Below are positions 39,219 to 47,832 of a stretch of 64,000 nt of DNA, piece after piece. The DNA comes from an uncultured Clostridia bacterium (GTDB lineage: Bacteria > Bacillota > Clostridia > TANB77 > CAG-508): contig CANRHQ010000001.1 in the NCBI GenBank assembly GCA_947630445.1, positions 16,591-80,590 on the forward strand, in the 5' to 3' direction. Every line of letters begins with the position of its first letter. Position 1 is the stretch's first letter. Under the pieces are notes generated by a model. The model saw only the letters and a program-made list of their open reading frames with translations, was not told the origin of the DNA and did no database searches. The translations under genes and the position numbers were made by a program.

Positions 39219-40172
39219 TTGTTAAAACTATATATTATGAATAAATTTTATTTAATTAAACATCCTGATTTATTTCAGGGAGAAAAATATTTAAAAAGTG
39301 ATAAAAATTATTTTGAAGGTTGGTATTTTAAAACTTCTAACTCTAATGAAACAATTTCATTTATTCCGGGCATTAATGTTGATGGTAATAAAAAAGCCTT
39401 TGTTCAAGTTATTACAAACGATTCTTCATATTTTATAGATTATGATATTAAAGATTTTGATTTTAAATTTGATCCTTTTTTTATTAGAATTGGAAAAAAT
39501 ACTTTTTCAAAAGATAAAGTCCATATAGATATTAATGAGAATATTAAAGGTGATATTGAATATTCAAATAGCCAAAATATTAATTCTAACATTATAAGTC
39601 CTAATATAATGGGTCCTTTTTCTTATGTTCCTTTTATGGAATGTAATCATGCTATTCTTTGTATGAAAAATGTAGCAAATGGTGTAATAAAAATAAATAA
39701 TCACAACATAAATTTTAATAATGACAATGGATATATTGAAAAAGATTGGGGTTATTCTTTTCCTAAGTCTTATATTTGGTGTCAAGGTAATAGTTTTAAA
39801 AACTCAAATGCTAGTTTTATGCTTTCTATAGCAGATATTCCTTTTAAAGTATTTGATTTTAGAGGAATTATTTGCGTTCTTATTGTAGAAAATACAGAGT
39901 TTAGGTTTACTACTTATAATAATACCAAATTACTAAAATATGATATTTCAAAAGATTTCTTTGATATTATTTTACAAAAAGGTGAATATTCTTTAAATGT
40001 TAAATCACAAAATTATATTTCTCATAGATTATCTGCTCCTGTTAAAGGTAAAATGGAAAAGTATATTTTTGAAAGTGTTTCTTCTTTAATTTCTATTACC
40101 TTGAAAAAAAATAATGATGTGATTTTTTCTGATTCTAGTACTAATTGTGGTTTAGAAATTGTTCAAAAATAA
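39219..40172 (+). CDS. hypothetical protein, tocopherol-cyclase (VTE1)-like
   Basis: 317 aa; NYFEGWYFKTS... resembles the FFEGWYFR signature of PF14249. Confidence 0.35.
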   Translation: MLKLYIMNKFYLIKHPDLFQGEKYLKSDKNYFEGWYFKTSNSNETISFIPGINVDGNKKAFVQVITNDSSYFIDYDIKDFDFKFDPFFIRIGKNTFSKDKVHIDINENIKGDIEYSNSQNINSNIISPNIMGPFSYVPFMECNHAILCMKNVANGVIKINNHNINFNNDNGYIEKDWGYSFPKSYIWCQGNSFKNSNASFMLSIADIPFKVFDFRGIICVLIVENTEFRFTTYNNTKLLKYDISKDFFDIILQKGEYSLNVKSQNYISHRLSAPVKGKMEKYIFESVSSLISITLKKNNDVIFSDSSTNCGLEIVQK

Positions 40173-40223
40173 ATGTATAATAAATAACTAAAAAGTTAAA
40201 TATAATTATAAGGAGTGATTATT

Positions 40224-40646
40224 ATGATGTTAATACCAAGAAGAAAAAATGAATTTGATTTGCTAGATGAAATGTTTAGAGATCCTTTTTTTATTGGCGA
40301 GGAAAATAAAGTAATGAAAACAGATATTAGAGAAAAAGATAATAACTATATTATTGACATTGATTTACCTGGCTATCAAAAGGAAAATATTAAAATTCAA
40401 ATTGAAGATGGATATTTAACAGTTCAAGCAACTGCAGATTCAAATAAAGAAGATACTGAAAATGGCAATTTCGTGCGTAGAGAAAGATATTGGGGTGAAT
40501 GTTCACGAAGTTTTTATGTTGGAGAAGAAATTAAACAAGAAGATGTAAAGGCATCTTTTAAAAATGGAATATTGCAATTAGAAGTTCCAAAAAAACAAGA
40601 AGATAAAAAATTACCAGAAAAAACTTATATTCCAATCGAAGACTAA
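40224..40646 (+). CDS. Hsp20/alpha-crystallin small heat-shock protein
   Basis: ACD core: ..TDIREKDNNYIIDIDLPGYQKENIKIQIEDGYLTVQA...SFKNGILQLEVPK; RBS aggag at 40211; ATG at 40224. Confidence 0.85.
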   Translation: MMLIPRRKNEFDLLDEMFRDPFFIGEENKVMKTDIREKDNNYIIDIDLPGYQKENIKIQIEDGYLTVQATADSNKEDTENGNFVRRERYWGECSRSFYVGEEIKQEDVKASFKNGILQLEVPKKQEDKKLPEKTYIPIED

Positions 40647-40655
40647 AATCTTAAA

Positions 40656-40690
40656 AATAGAGAATTATTTTTTGATAATTCTCTATTTCT
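40656..40690. terminator. bidirectional terminator (tagagaattat-tttttg-ataattctcta)
   Basis: Perfect 11-bp inverted repeat between the convergent hsp20 and M15 peptidase genes. Confidence 0.6.
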
Positions 40691-40701
40691 TTATTCTATA
40701 T

Positions 40702-41349
40702 TTATTTTTCAAAATGTTGATAATCTTTTTTGGAATTCCAATTTCCTCCCCATTTCCAACCATGTTTTACAAATATTTTGTATAACATATCTTCCTCATT
40801 TATTTGATGTTCTTTTTTTAAATTTCTATCCGCATAAATTTCTCCAGCTACTGGAAGTATATTACCATTTTCTACACATGGATTATATAATGGGTTTATA
40901 TCTATTGCCATTCCTTTTGCATGTTTAGATAACTTGTTTGTTCCTGAAATTGGTCTATAACAAAAACATGATGTATTGTTATCTTGCATAGATAATTCAT
41001 CTTCCCCATTATATTCATCTATTAATTTTATTTTTTCTATTGGATATTTTATTTCATATAATTCCTTAAATATTTCTAATACTTCTGTTGCAATATTAGT
41101 ATTTACTATCATTTCACCTATATGGAACTTATTATCAAATCCATAATATGATATTGTTAAATATGAAAGTTTATCAATTTCTACTATATCTTTATATTCT
41201 TCTGGGATTGATTTACCTATCATATTTTTATATATATGATCAGGTATTTCTTGTGATGTAAAAATTGGTTTTTCAACTTGTATTTTAGTTTCTGGAGATA
41301 ATGATATTATTTTAATACATATTATCATAAAAATAATTAATTTTTTCAT
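40702..41349 (-). CDS. secreted M15-family D-Ala-D-Ala carboxypeptidase-like peptidase
   Basis: 215 aa; signal peptide; SKHAKGMAIDINP and HGWKWGGNW...DYQHFE motifs of the M15 (VanY-like) family. Confidence 0.65.
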   Translation of the reverse strand: MKKLIIFMIICIKIISLSPETKIQVEKPIFTSQEIPDHIYKNMIGKSIPEEYKDIVEIDKLSYLTISYYGFDNKFHIGEMIVNTNIATEVLEIFKELYEIKYPIEKIKLIDEYNGEDELSMQDNNTSCFCYRPISGTNKLSKHAKGMAIDINPLYNPCVENGNILPVAGEIYADRNLKKEHQINEEDMLYKIFVKHGWKWGGNWNSKKDYQHFEK

Positions 41350-41362
41350 ATTATAATTTATT

Positions 41363-42412
41363 CTATTTTTTTATTAATATGTCGTTATTTATATATTGAC
41401 TTAAATTTAATGGCATATATCTTGGACCTCTAACCGCATTTATTCCAAATTCTTTTAATTTACTAAATGATATTTCTCCTTTTTCATATCTTGTTATTAA
41501 ATCTATTTTCATTATTTTTTGTATTTTTAAGTTTTCATCTTTATATTTGTATGGAATATTTACTTCTATTACTTTAAATTTATACATAATAGATGAATAT
41601 GGTTGTGCAACATATAAATATACTACATCATTTACCTTTATATCTGTACTCTGCTTCCATGTTATTGTGTCTTCTTTTCTTAATGCTTTTTCAATATCAA
41701 AATATTTTGGATTAGCTGGTACTATCCATTCATTATTTTTTTTAGATATTGTATATGAATAACTTTTTTCAATTAGATTCATTATATTTTCATCAGATAA
41801 AGTATTGTCTAATATAATTGTAATCCAATATTTTTTATTCATATGATATGCAGGATAAAAACCTTCTTGATTTAATAAATTTTCTATTTCATTTGGTTCT
41901 AATTTTATATTTATTATTTCAATTTCTTCAGTGGAATTTTCTTCTATTTTACATTTATTAATATTCATTATTATTCCATACCATTTTTTACTGTCCTTAT
42001 TTCTAAATATGGCACATCCTGGATCTTTTTCCCACACAAATTCTGGTTCATCTCCATATTTTTCTTTAATTAGTTTTTCTATTCTATTAGATTGTTCAAA
42101 TATGAATGATTCTCTTGTTGTACATTTATTTCTAATGTCTTTTAATATGTTTTTAAATTCCTCTTTTACTTCTCCTACAAAAGAACCTGTACTGTCTTCT
42201 ATACGAAAATTTGTATATTCATCTCCAAATGCTAAATCATATATTTTTCCACTTATATTATCTTTTTTATCTATTTCTATATCTACTTTAAATGTATTAT
42301 TCATAATGTTTTTTGAATATTTGTATAGATTTTCTTCTTTTTTAAAACCATATTTGCATATCTTTTTGTAATCAATTTTTGTTCTTTTAAATATTTCTTC
42401 TTCAATTGTCAT
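41363..42412 (-). CDS. fusion protein: MmcQ/YjbR-like N-domain plus C-terminal EVE/PUA-like domain
   Basis: 349 aa; N-terminal part has DPGCAIFRNKDSKKWYGIIMNI (YjbR-like); C-terminal part WIVPANPKYFDIEKAL...NDVVYLYVAQP fits the EVE-domain pattern. Confidence 0.4.
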   Translation of the reverse strand: MTIEEEIFKRTKIDYKKICKYGFKKEENLYKYSKNIMNNTFKVDIEIDKKDNISGKIYDLAFGDEYTNFRIEDSTGSFVGEVKEEFKNILKDIRNKCTTRESFIFEQSNRIEKLIKEKYGDEPEFVWEKDPGCAIFRNKDSKKWYGIIMNINKCKIEENSTEEIEIINIKLEPNEIENLLNQEGFYPAYHMNKKYWITIILDNTLSDENIMNLIEKSYSYTISKKNNEWIVPANPKYFDIEKALRKEDTITWKQSTDIKVNDVVYLYVAQPYSSIMYKFKVIEVNIPYKYKDENLKIQKIMKIDLITRYEKGEISFSKLKEFGINAVRGPRYMPLNLSQYINNDILIKK

Positions 42413-42620
42413 TTTTATTTTCTCCTATTTATTACTAATTCTATTACAATAAATTTATAGTGTTTATATATAATACACTATAGATAATGTTTAAAATATT
42501 TATTATTGTTAATAAACATATATAAACATACTTATTCTTTTTATGAAATTGACAAAACAAAAATACAAATATTACTAAAATTATTAAAATTATAAATTTG
42601 TTCATATGCTCTACTCCTAA

Positions 42621-42911
42621 TTATATCATTCTAAAATAAATGCAGATTAAGCTACCTAGAATAAGACAAATTGTTGGTATTTTTCTTTTTATTTTGTTAT
42701 CTTTGTTGTTTTTATAAAAAATAATATTTAATGGTATTAGTAATATGCAATATATGATTAATGAAAATATTGCTATTATATATGTTGCATATTCTTCCCC
42801 TGAATCTGGTTCTCTTAAACATCCTATAAAAAATTCTATTACTAATGGTAACCAAAAACCAATAACAAAATTATAAATAGATTCTTCTATTAATTTTATG
42901 TATTCTATCAT
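42621..42911 (-). CDS. small hypothetical membrane protein
   Basis: 96 aa with 2-3 TM helices; no recognisable family. Confidence 0.35.
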   Translation of the reverse strand: MIEYIKLIEESIYNFVIGFWLPLVIEFFIGCLREPDSGEEYATYIIAIFSLIIYCILLIPLNIIFYKNNKDNKIKRKIPTICLILGSLICIYFRMI

Positions 42912-43621
42912 TATAGCTCCTTTGTATGTATATAAATAATAGATTAATTTTTTTATTTATATCATAATTTTGCTATAAATTCAATTATTTTCCAAAATTA
43001 CAAAAAAACAAAAAGGTTGTTACCCTATTAAATAACAACCTTTTATTTGGCATGTGATTAGCTTTCTATTGCATTTTTTATTGCATCAAAAACGGCAAAA
43101 TAAAACCCTAGATTGCTCATATATCTAGCTTTCTAGGATTTATATTTCTGGCTCCTCTTGTTGGTGCTATCATTTCTTCGCTATTATGCTGATATCAATA
43201 ACTATAAGTTTTCATTATTTAATTTTGGGTAATTTTTGGGTAATTAAAAGGTTTTGTTGAAATTTATAAAAGAGAGGTTATATTTAATCCATATTAATAT
43301 AGATTTCTAAAAAAATTTATTACATTAGATACATAAGGAAAAAAATCATTTACTGTAACAAAGGCTCCCATAATCCATAATGCTGATATAACAACTTTCT
43401 TTATGAATCTACATATATTTTTAAATTTACTTTTCCTCTTTACTAACTGCCACTCGCTCCTATATAATCACCTCCTTTACTAAGGTGATTAATTAATATT
43501 ATATAATTTTTCCTTTTTTTTAGCTCCTCTCTTTTATGTTTAACAAACCATTTTAATTATTTTTTATTATAACATATTATATCACATTTTTTACATTTTC
43601 CAAATTATGTATACATAAATT

Positions 43622-44491
43622 TTATATTTTTATTAAAGTACCCATCTTTAACTTATTTAATAACTGTGTGTTTTGTGTTGCAGTTCCTTTATAATTATTT
43701 ATACCATTTTTTGAAGCTAATTTTGATCTATAACTATATGAACTATCAACTTTTATTTGATTTAATGCTTCAACTATTGAACTTCCTTTATAGTTTGCGT
43801 TTTTTAAGTATGTAACACTTGATGTGTTTCCTTTTAATAATGCTATCATTTTTAAATTTTGTTCTGCTGTTCCTGTATAATTTGATATTCCTAATTTGTT
43901 TGCCAATATTTTTCTATTTGAAAAAGAGCTATCATAGCCTACACTGTTTAAGGCATCTACAATTGATTGCCCATTATAATTTGTTAAATTTGGCAAATCA
44001 TTTGTTGTACTTGCTTGTCCTAATTCTGCTTTTATCATATTTAAAAACCTATCCCAGCCAAGTTCAAGTGTTCTGTGTGGGCAATTTTTACTTGCAAAGT
44101 CTTGATGTTTTTTTACCTTATCTATTCCCCAGCCTTTTTCTTTTAGTTTCTGTGCTATAAATATTACTGCATTTTGCTCTGCTTTTGTAAATCTATCTCC
44201 ACCAGATTTGGAATAGCATATCTCTATTGCTATACCTTTTCTGTTTCCATCTCCATTGCCATCTCCTGCGTGCCAAGCATTTCTGTTTTCTGGTATTCCT
44301 TGCACTATTTCTTTATCATCGGCTGCATAATGAAAACTTACCTTATTATTATTACTTTTCATATAGTTAATCTCATTTTCTGCTGATGCATCATTTGCTG
44401 TATTATGTACTACTATAAACTCTGCATTCATTTCATAAGGGCATTTTATTGAATATTTATCTTCATTTACTAAATTTTGTTTTATATTCAT
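43622..44491 (-). CDS. phage endolysin: N-acetylmuramoyl-L-alanine amidase (Amidase_2/PGRP) with two C-terminal cell-wall-binding repeats
   Basis: ..FIVVHNTAN..; ..AWHAGDGNG..; ..SKNCPH..; duplicated repeat of about 45 aa GQSIVDALNSVGYDSSFSNRKILANKLGISNYTGTAEQN / GSSIVEALNQIKVDSSYSYRSKLASKNGINNYKGTATQN. Confidence 0.85.
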   Translation of the reverse strand: MNIKQNLVNEDKYSIKCPYEMNAEFIVVHNTANDASAENEINYMKSNNNKVSFHYAADDKEIVQGIPENRNAWHAGDGNGDGNRKGIAIEICYSKSGGDRFTKAEQNAVIFIAQKLKEKGWGIDKVKKHQDFASKNCPHRTLELGWDRFLNMIKAELGQASTTNDLPNLTNYNGQSIVDALNSVGYDSSFSNRKILANKLGISNYTGTAEQNLKMIALLKGNTSSVTYLKNANYKGSSIVEALNQIKVDSSYSYRSKLASKNGINNYKGTATQNTQLLNKLKMGTLIKI

Positions 44492-44493
44492 AT

Positions 44494-44850
44494 CTATTTT
44501 TCCTCCTTATTGTCATTATTTAGTTTTTCTTTTAATTTTTTAGGTATATCAACACCTAATTTATCACAATTTTCTGCTAAACTTGATATTTCCATTAAGC
44601 ATATATAACCTACAGTAAAATAAAGTATTAAGTCTGTTCCTAAAGCGAATTTAGCAAATATGCCTACTAAAACATAAACTAATTCTCCAAATTTTTTGGA
44701 TAAGCCTTCTCTCATTTTAGCACTTTTAAAATCATTATTTCTCCAAGCGATAATCATTCCAGTTAAAACATCTAATATTATTAAGAATATTGGTGCAATT
44801 ATTGCCCACCAAATATTTGTGAATTGAATACTTTGCATTAATTCATTCAT
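44494..44850 (-). CDS. phage holin (TcdE / phage_holin_4_1-like)
   Basis: 118 aa; 3 TM segments; C-terminal LGVDIPKKLKEKL resembles the TcdE/UtxA holin tail; immediately upstream of the endolysin. Confidence 0.7.
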   Translation of the reverse strand: MNELMQSIQFTNIWWAIIAPIFLIILDVLTGMIIAWRNNDFKSAKMREGLSKKFGELVYVLVGIFAKFALGTDLILYFTVGYICLMEISSLAENCDKLGVDIPKKLKEKLNNDNKEEK

Positions 44851-47099
44851 TCCTCTTCACCACCTTCCATTTTAGAATTTTCTATTTCTTCTAATTCTTT
44901 TTTAGTGTTAGTTTCAATAGAAGGTTCTTCATGTACTGTCGCACTTGTTTGAATTGTTGATAATTTATTTAATAATGTTTCTAAATCTTTTGTGTAATTT
45001 ACTTTTAAAATTGCTATACTATCGTTATGCATATTTGTTACATTTTTATATGTAGCCCAATTTTCTAACTCAGTAAGTATTTTTATTTGCTCTTCTGTTA
45101 AATCTAAATTTTCTGGTTCTGCCAATTTATAATAAATATCAAGATTATTTTCTTGTAAAAAGATATTAACTTTTTCAGTATCCCAAATATTTTCTTCAGA
45201 AGAATTATCTAACTTTATTGCAACATGACCTTCTGAGTCAATTGCAATACCTTCGTAGGATCTTTGCATAATATCAGCTACTGATACATTTTTTAGTTTA
45301 TTACATATAACTTGTCCTTTGTCTCCCCAACCAGGAACTGGTTTAGCATCATCGATTGCATTATATAAATCTCCTTCTTTTTTTCTAAGTGTAAAATATC
45401 CCGTTGGAAAAATATAATTTGCACAATAATTAACCCCATCAGCAATAATGTGTTTCCATGTATGCACTTCTATTTTGTTTTCTAAATCAAAATAGTCTCC
45501 TTCTAACATTTCTTTTTGAATTGGAAGTATTTTTGTTTCTGACTGATGTGGTTCATAGTCTGTTGCTACTGAACCTTCTTCTAATTGTATGCGACATTTT
45601 CCTTCAAAAGTTTTTAATTCAATACCAATCTTTTGATCTTTATCTAAAGTAAACGAAAATTTTTCATTATTTTTATTTGCTAAATTTACACTTCCTAGTT
45701 TTTCTGATTTTTCGGTCAATACAAATGCTGCACTTCCTGAATTTACTGTTTGTTTTAAAAATATAAATGAAATCGTATAAGTTCCAGTTTTAAGATTTAA
45801 TTTCCAATTTGAACTTTCAAAACTCCAGTTTCTTCCATCATCGTTTGGTGTAGTATCATATACATATCCTGCATCATCTACTGCAATCCCTGTTTGTTTT
45901 GCACTTGTTTCAATATTTCTATAATTTAAAAGATTTTTATTAACTTTTGTTATTGCAACACTGCCTTGACCATAAGGAGAACATGCTGTTGCAACTGCTC
46001 CTTCTTCTAATTTTAAATCCTCAAATATATTCTCTTTATTATTTGGATTATTTTTTAACATTCTATATCCTTGTTCAAATTTTTCTTGTCCAGTAAAGTT
46101 TGCTTTTGTTTTAAATGTAAGTGAAAATTTTCCATCTGCAGAAACAGCAAATCTATATGAGCCATCAACAATTGTTACATCTTGCTGTTCAATATAGTAT
46201 GTATTATTCGGTGTTGCTTTTCCAGACAACGTATAGGTAGCATCAGGTCTTATATCAGCATCTACATATAATGCAACAAGATAAGGGGTTGGTGCTTCTG
46301 AAATTTGTACTGATTTTATTATATTTACATTTTGCCCCACAGACTCAACAGGACTTTCATATTTTATACTAGGTTTATCTGGTACAAAAGGCTCATATGC
46401 TGGTATATTATCGGCTGTATAATCTCCTTCTAAAATCATAATATGTGTTGCATCTATAAATTCTTGAACATTATTATAAATAGTTTCTCCAGATGAACCA
46501 TTTTCAGAAGCGTAGAAAGTAAAACTAATATTTTCTCCTGTTTCAAAAGTTCTGATCATAGGATCTCTACTTTTTGAAGTTAATACTGCTTTTGTTTCAT
46601 TGTTTTCACTATCTATTAATGTTATAGCTGTATCATGAAAATCTAATAAAGAATAATATGTATATGTTGTATTCTTTTTTATTTGTATTTTATCTACATT
46701 TCTAATATATTTAGAATCATTAAATAATTGTAAATTATTAGTATCTAATAAATTTTTTCCTTGTTCACTTGTCTCCTGAAAGCTATTTCCTTTTACAGAT
46801 ACATTCGCTCCTAAATTGCTACTATCTTCGATATGGATAGTCTGTCCTTCGACTTCTCCAGTAGGTATTTGACTTTTTAATTTTTCTAATTCTGCATCTT
46901 GAGTTATATTTTTTTCTTCTATGCTTTCTAACTTTTTATTTTGCTCTGTTTGTAAGTTTTCTAGTTCATCAGCATTGTTATTAACTACATCTTTAATTTT
47001 TCGCCAATTTTCATTCAAATAATTTTCGACATCAAATTGGTCTGTATTTGTTGCTGGATTTTCATGAATATTAAATTTATCTATTTTTTTAATTGCCAT
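44847..47099 (-). CDS. phage tail fibre / receptor-binding protein
   Basis: 750 aa; N-terminal coiled coil; position in the tail module between the baseplate/tail protein and the holin. Confidence 0.55.
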   Translation of the reverse strand: MAIKKIDKFNIHENPATNTDQFDVENYLNENWRKIKDVVNNNADELENLQTEQNKKLESIEEKNITQDAELEKLKSQIPTGEVEGQTIHIEDSSNLGANVSVKGNSFQETSEQGKNLLDTNNLQLFNDSKYIRNVDKIQIKKNTTYTYYSLLDFHDTAITLIDSENNETKAVLTSKSRDPMIRTFETGENISFTFYASENGSSGETIYNNVQEFIDATHIMILEGDYTADNIPAYEPFVPDKPSIKYESPVESVGQNVNIIKSVQISEAPTPYLVALYVDADIRPDATYTLSGKATPNNTYYIEQQDVTIVDGSYRFAVSADGKFSLTFKTKANFTGQEKFEQGYRMLKNNPNNKENIFEDLKLEEGAVATACSPYGQGSVAITKVNKNLLNYRNIETSAKQTGIAVDDAGYVYDTTPNDDGRNWSFESSNWKLNLKTGTYTISFIFLKQTVNSGSAAFVLTEKSEKLGSVNLANKNNEKFSFTLDKDQKIGIELKTFEGKCRIQLEEGSVATDYEPHQSETKILPIQKEMLEGDYFDLENKIEVHTWKHIIADGVNYCANYIFPTGYFTLRKKEGDLYNAIDDAKPVPGWGDKGQVICNKLKNVSVADIMQRSYEGIAIDSEGHVAIKLDNSSEENIWDTEKVNIFLQENNLDIYYKLAEPENLDLTEEQIKILTELENWATYKNVTNMHNDSIAILKVNYTKDLETLLNKLSTIQTSATVHEEPSIETNTKKELEEIENSKMEGGEEE

Positions 47100-47101
47100 T
47101 T

Positions 47102-47518
47102 TTAGACCTCCTTATAACCAAAGACTTCAGTTATAGCAATACTGTTTTCCGTTGAAGAAACTCCTGTAATTCCTGCTTCAGAAATTGACAAATATCCTGA
47201 ACTTGATGTAGTAATTTTTGTTTTGTCTATTGCAATAACTTTGTATTGATATCTTGCAAGATTGTATAAAGTAATTGAGAACCCTATCCCTAGTGAGACT
47301 TTTTTTCCATCTGGATTAGTTACAATGACACTTGAAGAAATCCCACTATATTCGTAGTTAATTAATAATTTTTTATATTCTGCAGTGGATTTTAATAATA
47401 TTGCATCTTCAATAGCTTTACTAGGATTTGAATATAATAACTCTCCCATGAAATCAGTTTGCATTTTATTCAAATTAGAATCATTTATTGGAGTTTTTCC
47501 ATTTTCAAAATTAACCAT
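47102..47518 (-). CDS. phage hypothetical protein (tail-fibre associated)
   Basis: 138 aa; position only. Confidence 0.35.
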   Translation of the reverse strand: MVNFENGKTPINDSNLNKMQTDFMGELLYSNPSKAIEDAILLKSTAEYKKLLINYEYSGISSSVIVTNPDGKKVSLGIGFSITLYNLARYQYKVIAIDKTKITTSSSGYLSISEAGITGVSSTENSIAITEVFGYKEV

Positions 47519-47705
47519 CAGATTTTTCCTCCTTTTGTTTTTGAATTTCTACGGCTTTTTGATATTGTTTCTCTTCTAATATAATAATTTCTTCTAACAA
47601 TTCCTTTATCACTGCTTTCAATACAAACGCAGGCAAATTGGAATTATTTATAATATCTACTATTTTCCCCCTAAATTTTCTTTCATTTACTATAAGTTCA
47701 TCCAT
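47511..47705 (-). CDS. small phage hypothetical protein
   Basis: 64 aa; position only. Confidence 0.3.
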   Translation of the reverse strand: MDELIVNERKFRGKIVDIINNSNLPAFVLKAVIKELLEEIIILEEKQYQKAVEIQKQKEEKSDG

Positions 47706-47832
47706 TCTATTCTACTCCTTTATTTTTATGCGTTGAGCTTTGTTAATCTTATCTGGAATACTAATTTTCCCTTTATTAGTTATACTTTTAGTTTTTTTTA
47801 TTTGGTTTTCACTCATTTTTTAATCTCCTTTT

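Noticed and set aside
43040-43620. Looked for a tRNA or tmRNA fragment as a phage attachment target in the gene-free stretch
   Set aside because: No cloverleaf-compatible segment and no conserved T-loop (GTTCRANYC) or CCA-adjacent sequence was recognisable by eye.
47511-47705. Initial idea that the 64-aa phage ORF is XkdX
   Set aside because: The sequence does not resemble the XkdX family consensus as I recall it. Position alone is insufficient, so I left it as a hypothetical.
47712-47816. 35-codon ORF with an RBS (MSENQIKKTKSITNKGKISIPDKINKAQRIKIKE) between the 784-aa tail gene and the 64-aa ORF
   Set aside because: It is too short, and I cannot support it beyond the presence of an RBS. 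It may be real but is not called.
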